Shown: one piece after another, positions 50,641 to 62,611 of the stretch | Numbering within the stretch: position 1 is the stretch's first letter | Layout of the letters: every line of letters begins with the position of its first letter | Assembly: GCA_002269645.1 (NCBI GenBank) | Contig: NIVC01000176.1 | Coordinates: 620,001-684,000, forward strand | Source of the DNA: Macrostomum lignano | Lineage: Eukaryota | Length of the DNA: 64,000 bases | Reading direction: 5' to 3' | The notes under the pieces: generated by a model | The model's database searches: none | The model's input: the letters and a program-made list of their open reading frames with translations, nothing else | Told to the model about the DNA's origin: nothing | Translations under genes and position numbers: made by a program

Positions 50641-53600
50641 ATGCGTCACGTCACAGACCCCCAGCTGGTCCCCCCGTATCTCCCAGCAGCCGCCTCGACC
50701 AACCAGAACGCGGCAGCCAATCCCAGGTCCCCCTTCGGCCCGCATGCCTTTAGGAGAGGAGAGGAGAGGAGAGGAGAGCCGGTGGAATCTTATTATAAAT
50801 ACGACAAGACACGCTTCTCCAGCCTCGAAAGCCACAGACTGAACTCGAATCATTTTGAGAAGCATCGAACTGGGCAGTTTGAGTTCTCACAACAAAAGCC
50901 TGACTTGTCCTCATTAAAGGGTAGACAAAAAAAGAGCATGTCGGCCGATTTCTGTGTCCGATCGCTGCTGGCAATGAGTTCAGCAGCCACCTCGTCGGCG
51001 GTGAAGTCGACAGTCAGCCGTCAGGAGCATCAGCAGCTCGCCCGCCTCCGTCGAGACAGCGGCGACTGCAGCCGAAGTAGCAGCAGCAGCTGCTGCGCGC
51101 CCAACGACATCGAAGCGGAGGCCGAGCTGACTGAGACATCGCCGCCGCGGTTTGAACCGTCAGCAGCGTCGGCGCTGCTTCTGACCGGCACGCCGTCGAT
51201 GCTGGCAGGCGCCGCAAAGCCGATCGCTGCTGTCGCCGCCGCCAACGCCGCTACAACGTCCAGCTCCGACGAGGTGAACATCGAAGATGAATCAATCAAT
51301 GCAGACGACGAGAAGGTTGAAGAGACTGCAAGTCCCGAGCAGCAGCCTCAGGCGCCGCCGGCGGTCGACACCAGCAACAACATGGCGCACCTGTGCGAGC
51401 TGCTGAAGCAGAGGGTCAGCCAAGACCTCAACAGAATTGTCGATGCAATGATGACTCAGCTGGTGCAGAATCTGTACTCAGCTAATGCTCAGCAGCAGCA
51501 GCACCAGCCGCAGTTTACCCTGCCTCCTGTCCACCGGCTGACTCAGCAGCAGTCTTCGTCGATCTTCTATCCTCCTTTGTTCATGCCGCCGCCGCCGCCG
51601 CCTCCGCCGCCGCCGCCGCCGCCGCCGATGTTTCAGCCGCAGCAGCTGCAGGACTCCTGGCGGCAGTTCGCCTGGCCTGCTGGCGCAGCTACAGCCGCGG
51701 CTGATTCAACGGCGGCCGCGGGCACAGCTGACGCCTGCGACGATGAGACGCCGAAACGGAAACGGGCGAAGGTGAGAAATTAATTATCAATAATTACCTG
51801 GTATCAATATATAATATATTAATAGTTAGCCTGATTGTTTATTACTTAATATTGAATTCCCCCATACTCTATACCAGATCACCGACATCCGGTGTCCGGC
51901 TCCAGTTTATGCTACGGCGACTGCCGCCGCGTCTGACTGCAGTCGGGCCTCGACGCCAAATTTCCCAGCGGCGCCTTCGCATCGTCAGCAGCAGACGGCA
52001 GGCGATGAGCTCAAGGTTGGTGCTATTGCTGTGATTCTCTGGCTGTTTACCGTGATTCCTCCTCTCCCCTCTCACCCTCTCTCTCCCCGTCTCCCTACTC
52101 TCACCCTCTCTCTCCCCGTCTCCCTACTCTCACCCTCTCTATCCCCGTCTCCCTACTCTCACCCTCTCTCTCCCCGTCTCCCTACTCTCACCCTCTCTCT
52201 CCCCGTCTCCCTACTCTCACCCTCTCTCTCCCCGTCTCCCTACTCTCACCCTCTCTCTCCCCGTCTCCCTACTCTCACCCTCTCTCTCCCCCGTCTCCCT
52301 ACTCTCACCCTCTCTCTCCCCGTCTCCCTACTCTCACCCTCTCTCTCCCCGTCTCCCTACTCTCACCCTCTCTCTCCCCGTCTCCCCACTCTCTTACCAT
52401 TTCTTCTCTTCTCCCTAATCTCTCTCACCCTCTTTCCCGGTCTCCTTACTCTCACCCTCTCTACCCGTCTCCCTACTCTCACATTTTCTAATATCCAACT
52501 CCCACTTCCATTCGTTCATCTTGTTGCTCCCATTCTCTTTCTGATCCCTTCGAAAGTTATCTTAGTCACCCCCACTTAAAGATTTCCCAAACCGCCTTGC
52601 GCTGTTTCCCCCTCGATCTCTCTCCCCTGTTGATATTGTTTGCCTTCCATTCCCAATGCCCAGCATGCTCGCTCCTCATCCTTCAATTAAAAATCTTACA
52701 GACCACCCAACCTTCCCTTAGAAGCAGAACCAGCTCACAAATCTCAGAGACCCGGAGATAAAAAAGAAGAGAGGGGGACCACTTAAATAAGGGAAAAAAC
52801 TTCTCAAGTGCCTGCTCAGTGCTCACTACTCTAACTCGCAATCAAATATTTGATCTGGTCTATCACCCAGATTTCAGCCTTGCCCCCACCCCTCTGAGAC
52901 ACTGCGTCTTCTCAAACTTCTTATGTTTGCTTGGCAATCAATTTCAATTTAAAAACACACTATGCTTTTGTTTCATATGGAATGTCAACAATAACCTGAC
53001 CCCCCCGGGAGCTGCTTGGTCCAGTCAGATGGCCCAATGGGTCTTTGTGTGCTTTTTCTATACCAACCCATGGTTGAAGCGAGCAAGCTAAACTTTTTTA
53101 GGGGAGGCCACGTATTGGATTAAACAATTGAAAGTAGAGTCTCAAAATTCACTTAAAATATAGATTTGGGCAGAGCGAGATTTGGGATCTGAGGAGCGAA
53201 ATTTGGGATTCATTCTGTACTCCGTTCTAAACAATGTAAAATAGTACATCACCATCTCACCCTTCCCAAAAAACAAACCGCTCATGCAGACGTTCACGCT
53301 GTCGCCGGTTCACCTGCGCAAGGCCAAGCTGATGTTCTTCTACACCCGCTATCCCAGCACGGCAACGCTGCGAACTTTCTTCCCGGATGTGCACTTTAAC
53401 AAGAGCAACACGGCCCAGGTGGTCAAGTGGTTCTCCAACTTCCGGTGAGCAAAATAATCTACTATATTCTAATTTGAGAATTTTTCTGAAAATAGTGATT
53501 ATAAAATATATCAGGGATTTTGGATAAGGATCAGAGAAGTAAGGACATCATTGGGATTTGGGAATTGGAATCATTGGGATTTGGGAATTGGAATCATTGG

Positions 53601-54528
53601 GATTTGGGATCATTAGGATTTAGGATCATTGAGATTTGGGATCATTGGGATTGGGGATCGTTGGGATTTAGGATCATACGGATTTAAGATCGTGAGGAAC
53701 TCACTATCGAGTGTAAGTTGGGAGATTAAGAATGGAAAAGGTCCTCATTTGAATCTGAGAGAAAATGTGATATTAGAGAAAATCCCAAAAAAGGAAATCA
53801 ATCTGAAAATAATCCCCAGTATCCCAAAAACGCTGGGTCGATAGGCCACTTGAGGGAAAGCAATAATCATAAGCAACAATAATATTGCAATTCCCCAACA
53901 CACCTGTCACTCCAGAGAGTTCTTCTACATCCAAGTGGAGAAATTCGCTCGCCAGGCTCTGCAGACCTGCGGCAGCGCAGCCGCCAACGCCGCAGTCCAA
54001 GATGGAGACTTCGCCTTCGAGGCCTCTCAAATTTCGCTGGACAATCTTCTTCGAGTTGACGAGAATTCAGAGATATTTCGCGTGCTCAACATGCACTACA
54101 ACAGGAGCAATCGGTTTCAGGTAAGGCTGAGTGACTTACGAGTATGGCCTTTGCTATGATTGATTGACAGGTTTAAATTATAATTTCAGAACGCTTCTAT
54201 GTATTTAAATGTGAAATGACCTTTTATTGGCAATTCTAGCTAGAATGTTTGAAACTTTTCATATTCGGTTCAAAATGACAATACTTGCTTCTAATAGAAG
54301 ATAAAACCAAAAAATGGCATCATTTCATCCCGCTCTGTGCAGGTGCCGCGCCATTTCGCTGCCGTGATCGAGAAGGCCCTGCGCGAGTTCGCGGCCGCCC
54401 TGGCCGCCCGCCGCGACCAGGAGCATTCGTGGAAGAAGCCCATCTACAAGGTGATCGCTAGGCTGGACTGCAGCCCGCCCGACTATTTCCGGCTGCCCAA
54501 TTGGGCCACGTCAGGCTACGATCAGTGA
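50641..54528 (+). CDS. pros: Prospero/PROX homeodomain transcription factor; exons 50641(?)-51771, 51878-52015, 53290-53444, 53916-54120, 54343-54528
   Basis: Homeo-prospero domain [20 protein letters not shown]...[31 protein letters not shown]...[14 protein letters not shown]; KRAKITDIR motif; consistent splice phases. The true 5' end is uncertain. Confidence 0.95.
52055..52480. repeat. ~31-bp C/T-rich minisatellite (ctctcaccctctctctccccgtctccctact)
   Basis: Tandem copies in a prospero intron. Confidence 0.9.
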
Positions 54529-55184
54529 GCGTCAACGCGTTTACTACTCTACTGTCAAGTAGCCAAGTAGAGCAAATTGTTGACAAAATTTATTTGACTA
54601 GACAAAACCTCTAAATTTCCACTCAGGCTTCATAATGACCATTTATAGGCGCCAAAGCATGATTATAGCTAGCTATTGTAGCGATTTGTAGGGATCGCTC
54701 TGTTAATCCACCAAAGTCACCCAAATCCGTTGCCTTGCATCAAAATAGTTTGTATATTTTCTTTGATTATAAGAGCATTTTCTGGTCCAATTTGTGTTTC
54801 TGTATTATTTTTCTCATGCACTTTTCAATTTGCTCTATTTCGCAACTTTGTGCGATAAGTTTGTTCAGTACGTGAAACTGAGGAACTTGCTTTTGCACGC
54901 GAATTTCTTGTTGCTTTTTTGTGTCTGCACCTCCCAATTTCTCTCAGTGTTCTGCCGCTGTTTTTCTATCGAGTTTTTCGTCGCGAAATTTTTCTGTTCG
55001 AATTTTTGTTCATCGCTTCAATTGCAAATCGAATTCTGCGTCGCCCGTCACTTTGTTGCATTGCGTATTATTAAATTATACTACTAATAGTAGAGTTTCA
55101 AGCGAAAATCGCAAAAAGTTAAATGTGAAAATGTGTCCACTGGTAAATTCTTTTTGTAAATCTATAACTTGCCGCAAACTGCCG

Positions 55185-55880
55185 GCCCAGCAACTGAGGA
55201 TCTAGGAGGCTGGCCCAGCAACTGAGAATCTGGGAGGCTGGCCCAGCAACTGAGGATCTGGGAGGCTGGCCCAGCAACTGAGGATCTGGGAGGCTGGCCC
55301 AGCAACTGAGAATCTGGGAGGCTGGCTCAGCAACTGAGGATCTGGGAGGCTGGCCCAGCAACTGAGGATCTGGGAGGCTGGCCCAGCAACTGAGGATCTG
55401 GGAGGCTGGCTCAGCAACTGAGGATCTGGGAGGCTGGCTCAGCAACTGAGGATCTGGGAGGCTGGCCCAGCAACTGAGGATCTGGGAGGCTGGCCCAGCA
55501 ACTGAGGATCTGGGAGGCTGGCCCAGCAACTGAGGATCTGGGAGGCTGGCCCAGCAACTGAGGATCTGGGAGGCTGGCCCAGCAACTGATGATCTGGGAG
55601 GCTGGCCCAGCAACTGAGGATCTGGGAGGCTGGCCCAGCAACTGAGGATCTGGGAGGGTGATGGCCCAGCAACTGAGGATCTGGGAGGCTGGCCCAGCAA
55701 CTGAGGATCTGGGAGGCTGGCCCAGCAACTGAGGATCTGGGAGGCTGGCCCAGCAACTGAGGATCTGGGAGGCTGGCCCAGCAACTGAGGATCTGGGAGG
55801 CTGGCCCAGCAACTGAGGATCTGGGAGGCTGGCCCAGCAACTGAGGATCTGGGAGGCAGGCCCAGCAACTGAGGATCTGG
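55185..55880. repeat. 28-bp minisatellite (agcaactgaggatctgggaggctggccc)
   Basis: Tandem copies; same family as 15330-15640. Confidence 0.95.
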
Positions 55881-57333
55881 GACGTGTTATCTGTAAGTTT
55901 GAGCTGCAGAATAAAACAAAGAGAAGAAAACTTTGCAATCGTGATTTATGCGTTAACGCGCCGACACTATTAATATAGTAATTACGATAATAGTACTCAT
56001 AAGTAGTTAACAGTAAAAGCGCTTCGTGTTTTCCATTTTTAATGCATAAATAAATAATTATAAGAATAAATCAGTAACGTCATATCATTAGTTTCCGAGG
56101 GGTATAGGAAGGCAAATATGTACACAATAGTGAATAACACGTTTAACAAAAGCAAGCCAACTTTTACTAACATGATTAAAAGACATTTTTTAAGTAATTA
56201 GCAAAATTAAATAAATACGCGAATTTAGCTACTAAGTAATAAGTAGTACAATTAGCAATTTTGCACTTAATGTGGTGAATATCAGAAGAAATAAAATGAG
56301 TCAGAGAAGAGATTGCTGAAACAGCTCGGACAAAAAATTTCCCAGATCCCAAAGGGTGATAAAGTAATCATTGTTTAGAGGAATTAAATTTGGGCCAGTG
56401 AGGGAATGTCTATCCCTATTATCAGTAAAAATATTGCAATTGTTTAAATAAATAGCTTAACGGAGTTAATTTAATAAAACAAAAAACTCTCAATAACACC
56501 GGAAAATAAGAACTAACGAATTGCTTAATAAAATATTGAATATTAATAAGTGTGCACTACTGGCAAGGGTATAACGTGCTTGGAATTGCTATTTTTGACA
56601 TAGTAATTCAGAAATATTTATTTGATTTAGTAGATAATGTAGTGCAATAAATATTAGAATTATTTGCCTCATAAATATGTAAAAGTACGTCACTAAGGCA
56701 TATAAAAATTTAACGGAGCAATGAAAAATAAACAAACAAGCCAATAAATTAAATCTTTATAATTATTCTTTATATAATAAGCAATAATTAAACAAACAAC
56801 AGTTCAATATTACTTACTAATTCCGTATGCACTTACCAGTATAAATGTGGGACGGTCACATTTGAAGGTCACAATGGAGGGACACATGTGTTACCGTTGT
56901 TTAAGGGTCCGTCCCACATTACAGAAAGTGTGTTATTCAATAAAAAAGATGAATAAACCAATAAAGCTGATGAAGGCTTAGAAAACAGGTAAGCATCTCA
57001 GGCTACTAACCGCAACCGGCTCTGCTTAACTTACAAGCGTTGACAGTAAATCTAAGTTCTTGCTAATGATTGAAGTGTGATTTTTTTGAAGGGAAAGACG
57101 GAGCCAAATGAAAAGTTACAAATGGAGCTACTTATTAGTAGTGAATTTAAATTTGTTTCGGAATTTGAACAAAACTTCTGAGAAAAAACAGACACAAGCA
57201 GAGGCGACGGCAAAAAAGCGAATCCAGTGTAGAGAGAGAGAGGGGGGGGGGACACGGGGCTCGGGTGGATGGGAGGCATCGGCGAGGTCAAATCAATAAA
57301 TTTATCAATATTAATACATAAACAAATAATGAA

Positions 57334-58471
57334 TCATTCGCGATCGGAGTCGCCGGCAGCAACAGACGGGAAGCTGTGCAATTCTTCTTGAAGCAATTCA
57401 AGCAACGGTTCGAACAATTTCGAATAGCCCAAATCGGTCAGGTTGCAGTAGTCGTACATGTCTCGATGGGACAGGCTCTTGTCCGGCTGTAGGAAGGTGT
57501 CCCAGTCTGGGATCAGCACAGTAGTGCGGCCACTCTGGGACAGCTGCTCTGTCAGCAGGCGGTTCACCTCGGCATGCTTTGTACGCCTGGGATTTTTGTG
57601 CTCACCGACTGGCAGGAGGCCTAGCACGATCACATTGGCGCCGGGCAGCTGCCGGTGCACCACTTCGGCCAGGTTGCGAATGCCTGCAATGAGTGCAGTT
57701 GTGCGCAAGCTTGAGATGGACAGGTAGGCAGGTAGAGATGGAGAGGTAGACAGGTAGCAGGAAGAGATGGAGAGGTAGACAGGTAGAGATGGACAGGTAG
57801 CAGGAAGAGATGGAGAGGTAGACAGGTAGAGATGGACAAGCAGACAGGTTGAGATGGACAGGTAGACAGGTAGAGATGGAAATGTAGACAAGTAGAGATG
57901 GACAGGTAGACAGGTAGAGATGGAAATGTAGACAAGTAGAGATGGAAATGTAGACAGGTACAGATGGACATGTAGACAGGTAGAGATGGACATGTAGACA
58001 GGTAGAGATGGACATGTAGACAGGTACAGATGGACATGTAGACAGGTACAGATGGACATGTAGACAGGTACAGATGGACACAGACAGGCCAACAAACGCA
58101 CCAGCAGCGATATCAGCAGCCAGTTCCGGATTATTATTGCCAGCATGGAGCACCACCACTTTCGGCGAGCAGTCCTCCAACTCGCCGTCCTCAATCCTAT
58201 AAAGAATATTCTCGATCCGGTCCTCGTATATGCCGAAGTTCAAGCAGTGCAATGGTTCGATGTGATCCTGCCAGGTTGAGGTGAACTGCATTCGCTGCAC
58301 AATATTGTCGCCGATAAAAATGACATCCGGCTCTCTATCGACGGCTTTCTCGCGGAATCGTTTGTGCTGACTGAGCCAGCGACCGTCCCCTAACAGATCC
58401 ACAGGCAGTGTAGGGTTCAGCACGTTGCTGCCGGTGCTACCGGTGCTGGGGACACTTGGTAAGTTAGCCAT
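57334..58471 (-). CDS. PAFAH1B2: Platelet-activating factor acetylhydrolase IB alpha subunit-like (SGNH fold), catalytic residues substituted; exons 58471-58102, 57683-57334
   Basis: GDGRWLSQHKRF...EPDVIFIGDNIVQ...PLHCLNFGI...RIEDGELEDCSPKVVVLHAGNNN...VLGLLPVGEHKNPRRTKHAEVNRLL. Phase-1 GT-AG intron. Confidence 0.92.
57715..58085. repeat. Intronic ~21-24-bp minisatellite (gacaggtagagatgga..)
   Basis: Fills the PAFAH1B-like intron. Confidence 0.9.
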
Positions 58472-58534
58472 GAATGTTCGATTTTTTTAGTTTTTAAATA
58501 GAGAAAAATGGCTTTTTTATCATGGGACACTTAC

Positions 58535-58950
58535 TTAAGCTATTTGGGATCTTTGGACTCTTAATTGGGCTATTTGGGATCTTTGAACTCTTATTTGGAC
58601 TATTTGGGATCTTGAGACATTTAATTGGGCTATTTGGGATCTTGGGACTCTTATTTAAGCTATTTGGGATCTTGAGACTTATTTGGGCTATTTGGGATCT
58701 TGAGACTCTTATTTGGGCTATTTGGGATCTTGAGACTCATAATTGGGCTATTTGGGATCTTGAGACTCATAATTGAGCTATTTGGGATCCTGGGATTCTT
58801 AATTAGGCTATTTGGGACCTTGGGACTCTTAATTGGGCTATTTAGGATTATGGGACTCTTATTAGGGCTATTTGGGATCTTGAGACTCTTAATTGAGTCA
58901 TTTGGGATTTTGGGACTCTTAATTGGGGATCCATTGGGGATCTTGAGCTT
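58535..58950. repeat. 30-bp minisatellite (gctatttgggatcttgagactcttaattgg)
   Basis: Tandem copies. Confidence 0.9.
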
Positions 58951-59286
58951 CACCATGAGATTGCGCGATTTTCCTAGCAATCATGAGATTTTTTTTACCA
59001 ATTTGCATCATAATTTTTTGGTATTAGGATTAACATTAATTTAGAAAAGGTAAAAAGTAAAGAAATCCAAGTCCTCACAAACTTGATAAAAAACAGCATT
59101 ACCTTGTTAGCTTAATGCCACTTAATAATAAAATATTGATACAAAAAAGCATCCTAAGACACACGAGGCTACAAACAAAGAAAATATGTTATAAACTCAA
59201 CCAAGAAACACACAATTATCACAGATTCTTGAAGTGTACTCAAAGCGAGAATTTTTTTAGCTGAGTAATAATCATGCACAGCCTCT

Positions 59287-62200
59287 CTAAGTCTTGGACG
59301 CGGCCGATTCTTTTCTAAGAAACTCCCTCGATTCGAAGTCGGCCAACCTGGTCGGCTCGGGCACCCGATAGCGGCAGCAGTGGCCGACAAGCCAGACCGC
59401 AGTTGACAGGGAGATCATGTGACCGCAGCTGATGTACACCGGGTTTTTTACTGACGCGTCGGGCACGTGGGCGCAGCCAATCACGGCGCCGCTCTCGCCC
59501 TTGATATAGTAGTCTCTGAGGTGCAAATGAGCGCGAATGTTATTGTATCATTGATACGAGTATTTACTTATTTAAAATTTGGCCATCTTATTGGGATTCT
59601 GAGACTTTTATGGGCTATTTGGGATCTTAGAACTCATCTTGCTCGCAATTTGGGATTTTAAGACTCATCCTGAGCAGTTTGTGATTTTAAGACTCATCTT
59701 GAGCAGTTTGGGATTTTAAGACTCATCTTGAGCAGTTTGGGATTTTAAGACTCATCTTGAGCAGTTTGGGATTTTAAGACTCATCTTGAGCAGTTTGGGA
59801 TTTTAAGACTCATCTTGAGCAGTTTGGGATTTTAAGACTCATCTTGAGCAGTTTGGGATCCCGGAACTCATCTTGCTTGCATTTGGGATTTGAAGACTCA
59901 TCTTGAGCAGTTTGACATTTTAAGACTTATCTTGAGCAGTTTGGGATTTTAAGAGTCATCTTGAGAAGTTTGGGATCTCGGAACTCATCTGGCTCGCAAT
60001 TTGGGATTTTAAGACTCATCTTGAGCAGTTTGGGATTTTCAGACTCATCTTAAGCAGTTTGGGATCTTCAGACTCATCTTAAGCGCAGTTTGGGATCTTG
60101 GAACTCATCTTGAGCAGTTTGGGACCTTGGAACTCATCTTGAGAAAAGGCCTTCGAAACTTTTCCGAGAAACAATGTGTCAACTTGTTCCGATCATAGCG
60201 TGTGTCATGAAATCAAGTTTAACTTTTAACATCCTGAATTTGGACCCCGTATACCGAATAACACTGCAATCCTGACGCTTAAAACCCTGGTAAAGGGCTT
60301 AGGATGGGGTTTAAGTATGGTGAGGGTGTCGTAAAAGCTTAGGGGTCGTGCCAGAGTCGCCGCAGAATCACTGAGTTGCGTCTAAAGCGCATCTGCATCA
60401 CTTTACAAATTAGAATCGCATTTTGCATTTATAAAAAATCTATTCAGCCTACTTAAATTAGAAGAAATTTGAGCGCTAACACTGACGACTATTGGACAAT
60501 GGAACTATAGAAGTTTGAGTCGTTAAAAAAAGTCACAAGAGTCACCCCAGACTCGCTAGAGCAGGAGTCTGCAAACTTTTTTTTACCTCAACGACCAGAT
60601 AGAGAACCTAAAGCATGATTGCGGGTCAGAGGAGGGGAGGGAGAGGGGAAATGGAATAGAGAACATAGAAGAAAGGAGAGGCGAGGAAAAAATGAGACGA
60701 GATGAGGAGAGAGAAGAGGAAAGGAGAGGGGAAGAGGAGAGAAGAGACAAAAGAGGAGAAAAGAGAGGAGACAGGAGAGAAGAGAAGAGAGAGGAGACAG
60801 CAGAGGAGAAAGGAGACAGTAGAGGAGAGAGGAGAGAGTAGAGGAGAGGAAAGAGGAGAGAGGAGAGGAGAGGAGTGGAGAGAGGAGAGAAGAGGAGAGA
60901 AGGGAGAAGAGAGGAGAGGAGTGACGAGACAGCAAAGAAAAAAGGAGACAGTAGAGGAGAAAAGAGAGGAGAGAAGAGAAGAGATGAGACAGAAGAGAGG
61001 AGGAGAAGAGAGAAAAAGAGGTGATTAGAGAAATGAGAGCTGAAAAGAGACACAAACCTTGAGCGGGCCGGATAGAGAGGCTCCGCAGGCCGCATGTGGG
61101 CCGCGGAGCGGAGTTTGCCAACCCCTGCGGCTGCGCTAGAGGCACTAGTGACAGTGAGTCTTGTCACCGTGACGTTTTCAACGTTGTGTAAGGTTTGGGA
61201 TCATGCTTGGGCGCAACCTAGGGATTCACCCGGCCGTTTCTATTGGCAACACACACATGTAAGTCGCTATTGGACGGAATAGTAGTCACGTGACTGCTCT
61301 CAGCCAATGGCGACTTACATGTGTGTGTTGCCAATGGAAACGGCCGGGTGATTCCCAAGGTTGCGCATGTATGAAATTGGGATCGGCGGTCAATAGTGAA
61401 ACTCTGACAATTTATCGATTCTAACTATGCCACTAACCTGTTGCCGGCCTCCTTAACCAGCTTTCGCACCTGCCTCTGGTCGAGCCCGTCAACATGGAAG
61501 AAGCTCTTAGCCGTGCCCACAGTCGGTAGGCCGGCCAGCACGCCAACGTGGCAGGCCAAACCGAATCCGCGCGGGTGCAAGGTGCCATTGCCGTCAAGTA
61601 GCAAAGCCTGCGGCATCAGCTCCGGCTTTGTAGCGCGCAGCTCGTCCAACAGTTCAAGCACCGGTGGTGCCTCGCGGAAGCTGAGAAATCCTGGCACGTA
61701 TGGATGCGAGACTTTGACTTGGCGACAGATTTTGTGCACTGGGCTGAGATCGGGCAGGCTGAGCACAACTAAGCTGGCGCAGGCGGTCTCTGAGTCGCCT
61801 TTGACAAATGACAGATCGGCGCCGGCCACTAGCCGCAGGCAGTGATTGGCGCCCATCGGGCAGGACAAGCTGGGGTTGTTCAGTTCACTGGCGGATGGAC
61901 AGTGGCTGACTAAGCGCCTGGCTTGTTGCCATGGCAACTCGTCGATTAATTTCAGCTGACGCTTCAGGTCTAGTTGAAGCCTGTTAAATTATTTTGTGAA
62001 TAGAAAGTGTAGATCAAAATAGACTGCCATACCCGAATTCATACATGCGCAACCTCCCTGATATACACCAGCCGCGCGACTTCCCTATGAAAGAAACAAG
62101 CAAAATCAAAGTAAGGGGATGTGAATTTAAGAGTCAAAATGGAGCCTGAAGCATTGGGTCCCGATTTCTCTACACCAATCCCTTCATTTGGAGCCAAATA

Positions 62201-62611
62201 GCTCCCGTTATGCCGAAAACCCGACCACTTTAGCACTTGGGGATCTCTGAGGGGAGCTATTTGGCTCCAAATGAAGGGATTGGCATAGAGAAATCGGGAC
62301 CCAATGCTTCAGGCTCCATTTTGACTCTTAAATTCACATTCCCTTTTAAGTAAACGACAGGAGTAACTATAACTGTATTATTAATGCTAAATGCCTCGTC
62401 ATCTAATTAGTACTAGCTACATCTTTTTTAGATAGGCATTTACTAAATCTTAAAGTTATTGCCATCTATGCCAAAGGCCATTATGTTGAAATAATTTGAT
62501 TGAACTTTATGAACTTTAAGTAAGAATTTAGGTTTAAAAAATGAGTACTTACTCAATCCATTCCTTATTAACTTCCTCGCCTATTTGTTGTTCTAAGTTT
62601 TGGTCTGCCAT
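59287..62611 (-). CDS. ENDOV: Endonuclease V; exons 62611-62553, 61980-61438, 59515-59287
   Basis: LVAGADLSF, PYVPGFLSFREAP, LLDGNGTLHPRGFGLACHVGV, GTAKSFF, NPVYISCGH and YRVPEPTRLADFESRE motifs; phase-2 introns keep frame. Confidence 0.95.
59590..60145. repeat. 29-bp minisatellite (gagcagtttgggattttaagactcatctt)
   Basis: Tandem copies in ENDOV intron 2. Confidence 0.9.
60270..60560. mobile_element. Dispersed repeat, homologous to 17290-17755
   Basis: Shared sequence blocks listed for the 17290 copy. Confidence 0.6.
60562..61127 (+). mobile_element. hAT (Charlie-like) MITE with an internal A/G microsatellite
   Basis: Ends CAGGAGTCTGCAAAC / GTTTGCCAACCCCTG. The 8-mer CGCTAGAG lies at 60554-60561 and again at 61134-61141. 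Confidence 0.75.
61211..61366. repeat. Foldback inverted repeat, 63-bp arms with 4 mismatches
   Basis: 61211-61273 versus the reverse complement of 61304-61366. Confidence 0.9.
62113..62345. repeat. Foldback inverted repeat, ~94-bp arms with 3 mismatches
   Basis: 62113-62206 versus the reverse complement of 62252-62345. Confidence 0.92.

Noticed and set aside
52016-53289. Possible U12/U2 twintron as in Drosophila prospero
   Set aside because: The intron has GTTGGT...CAG ends and I saw no ATATCC-type U12 donor nearby.
56960-57000. ctgatgaaggcttagaaaac as a third hammerhead
   Set aside because: No stem II or stem III pairing.
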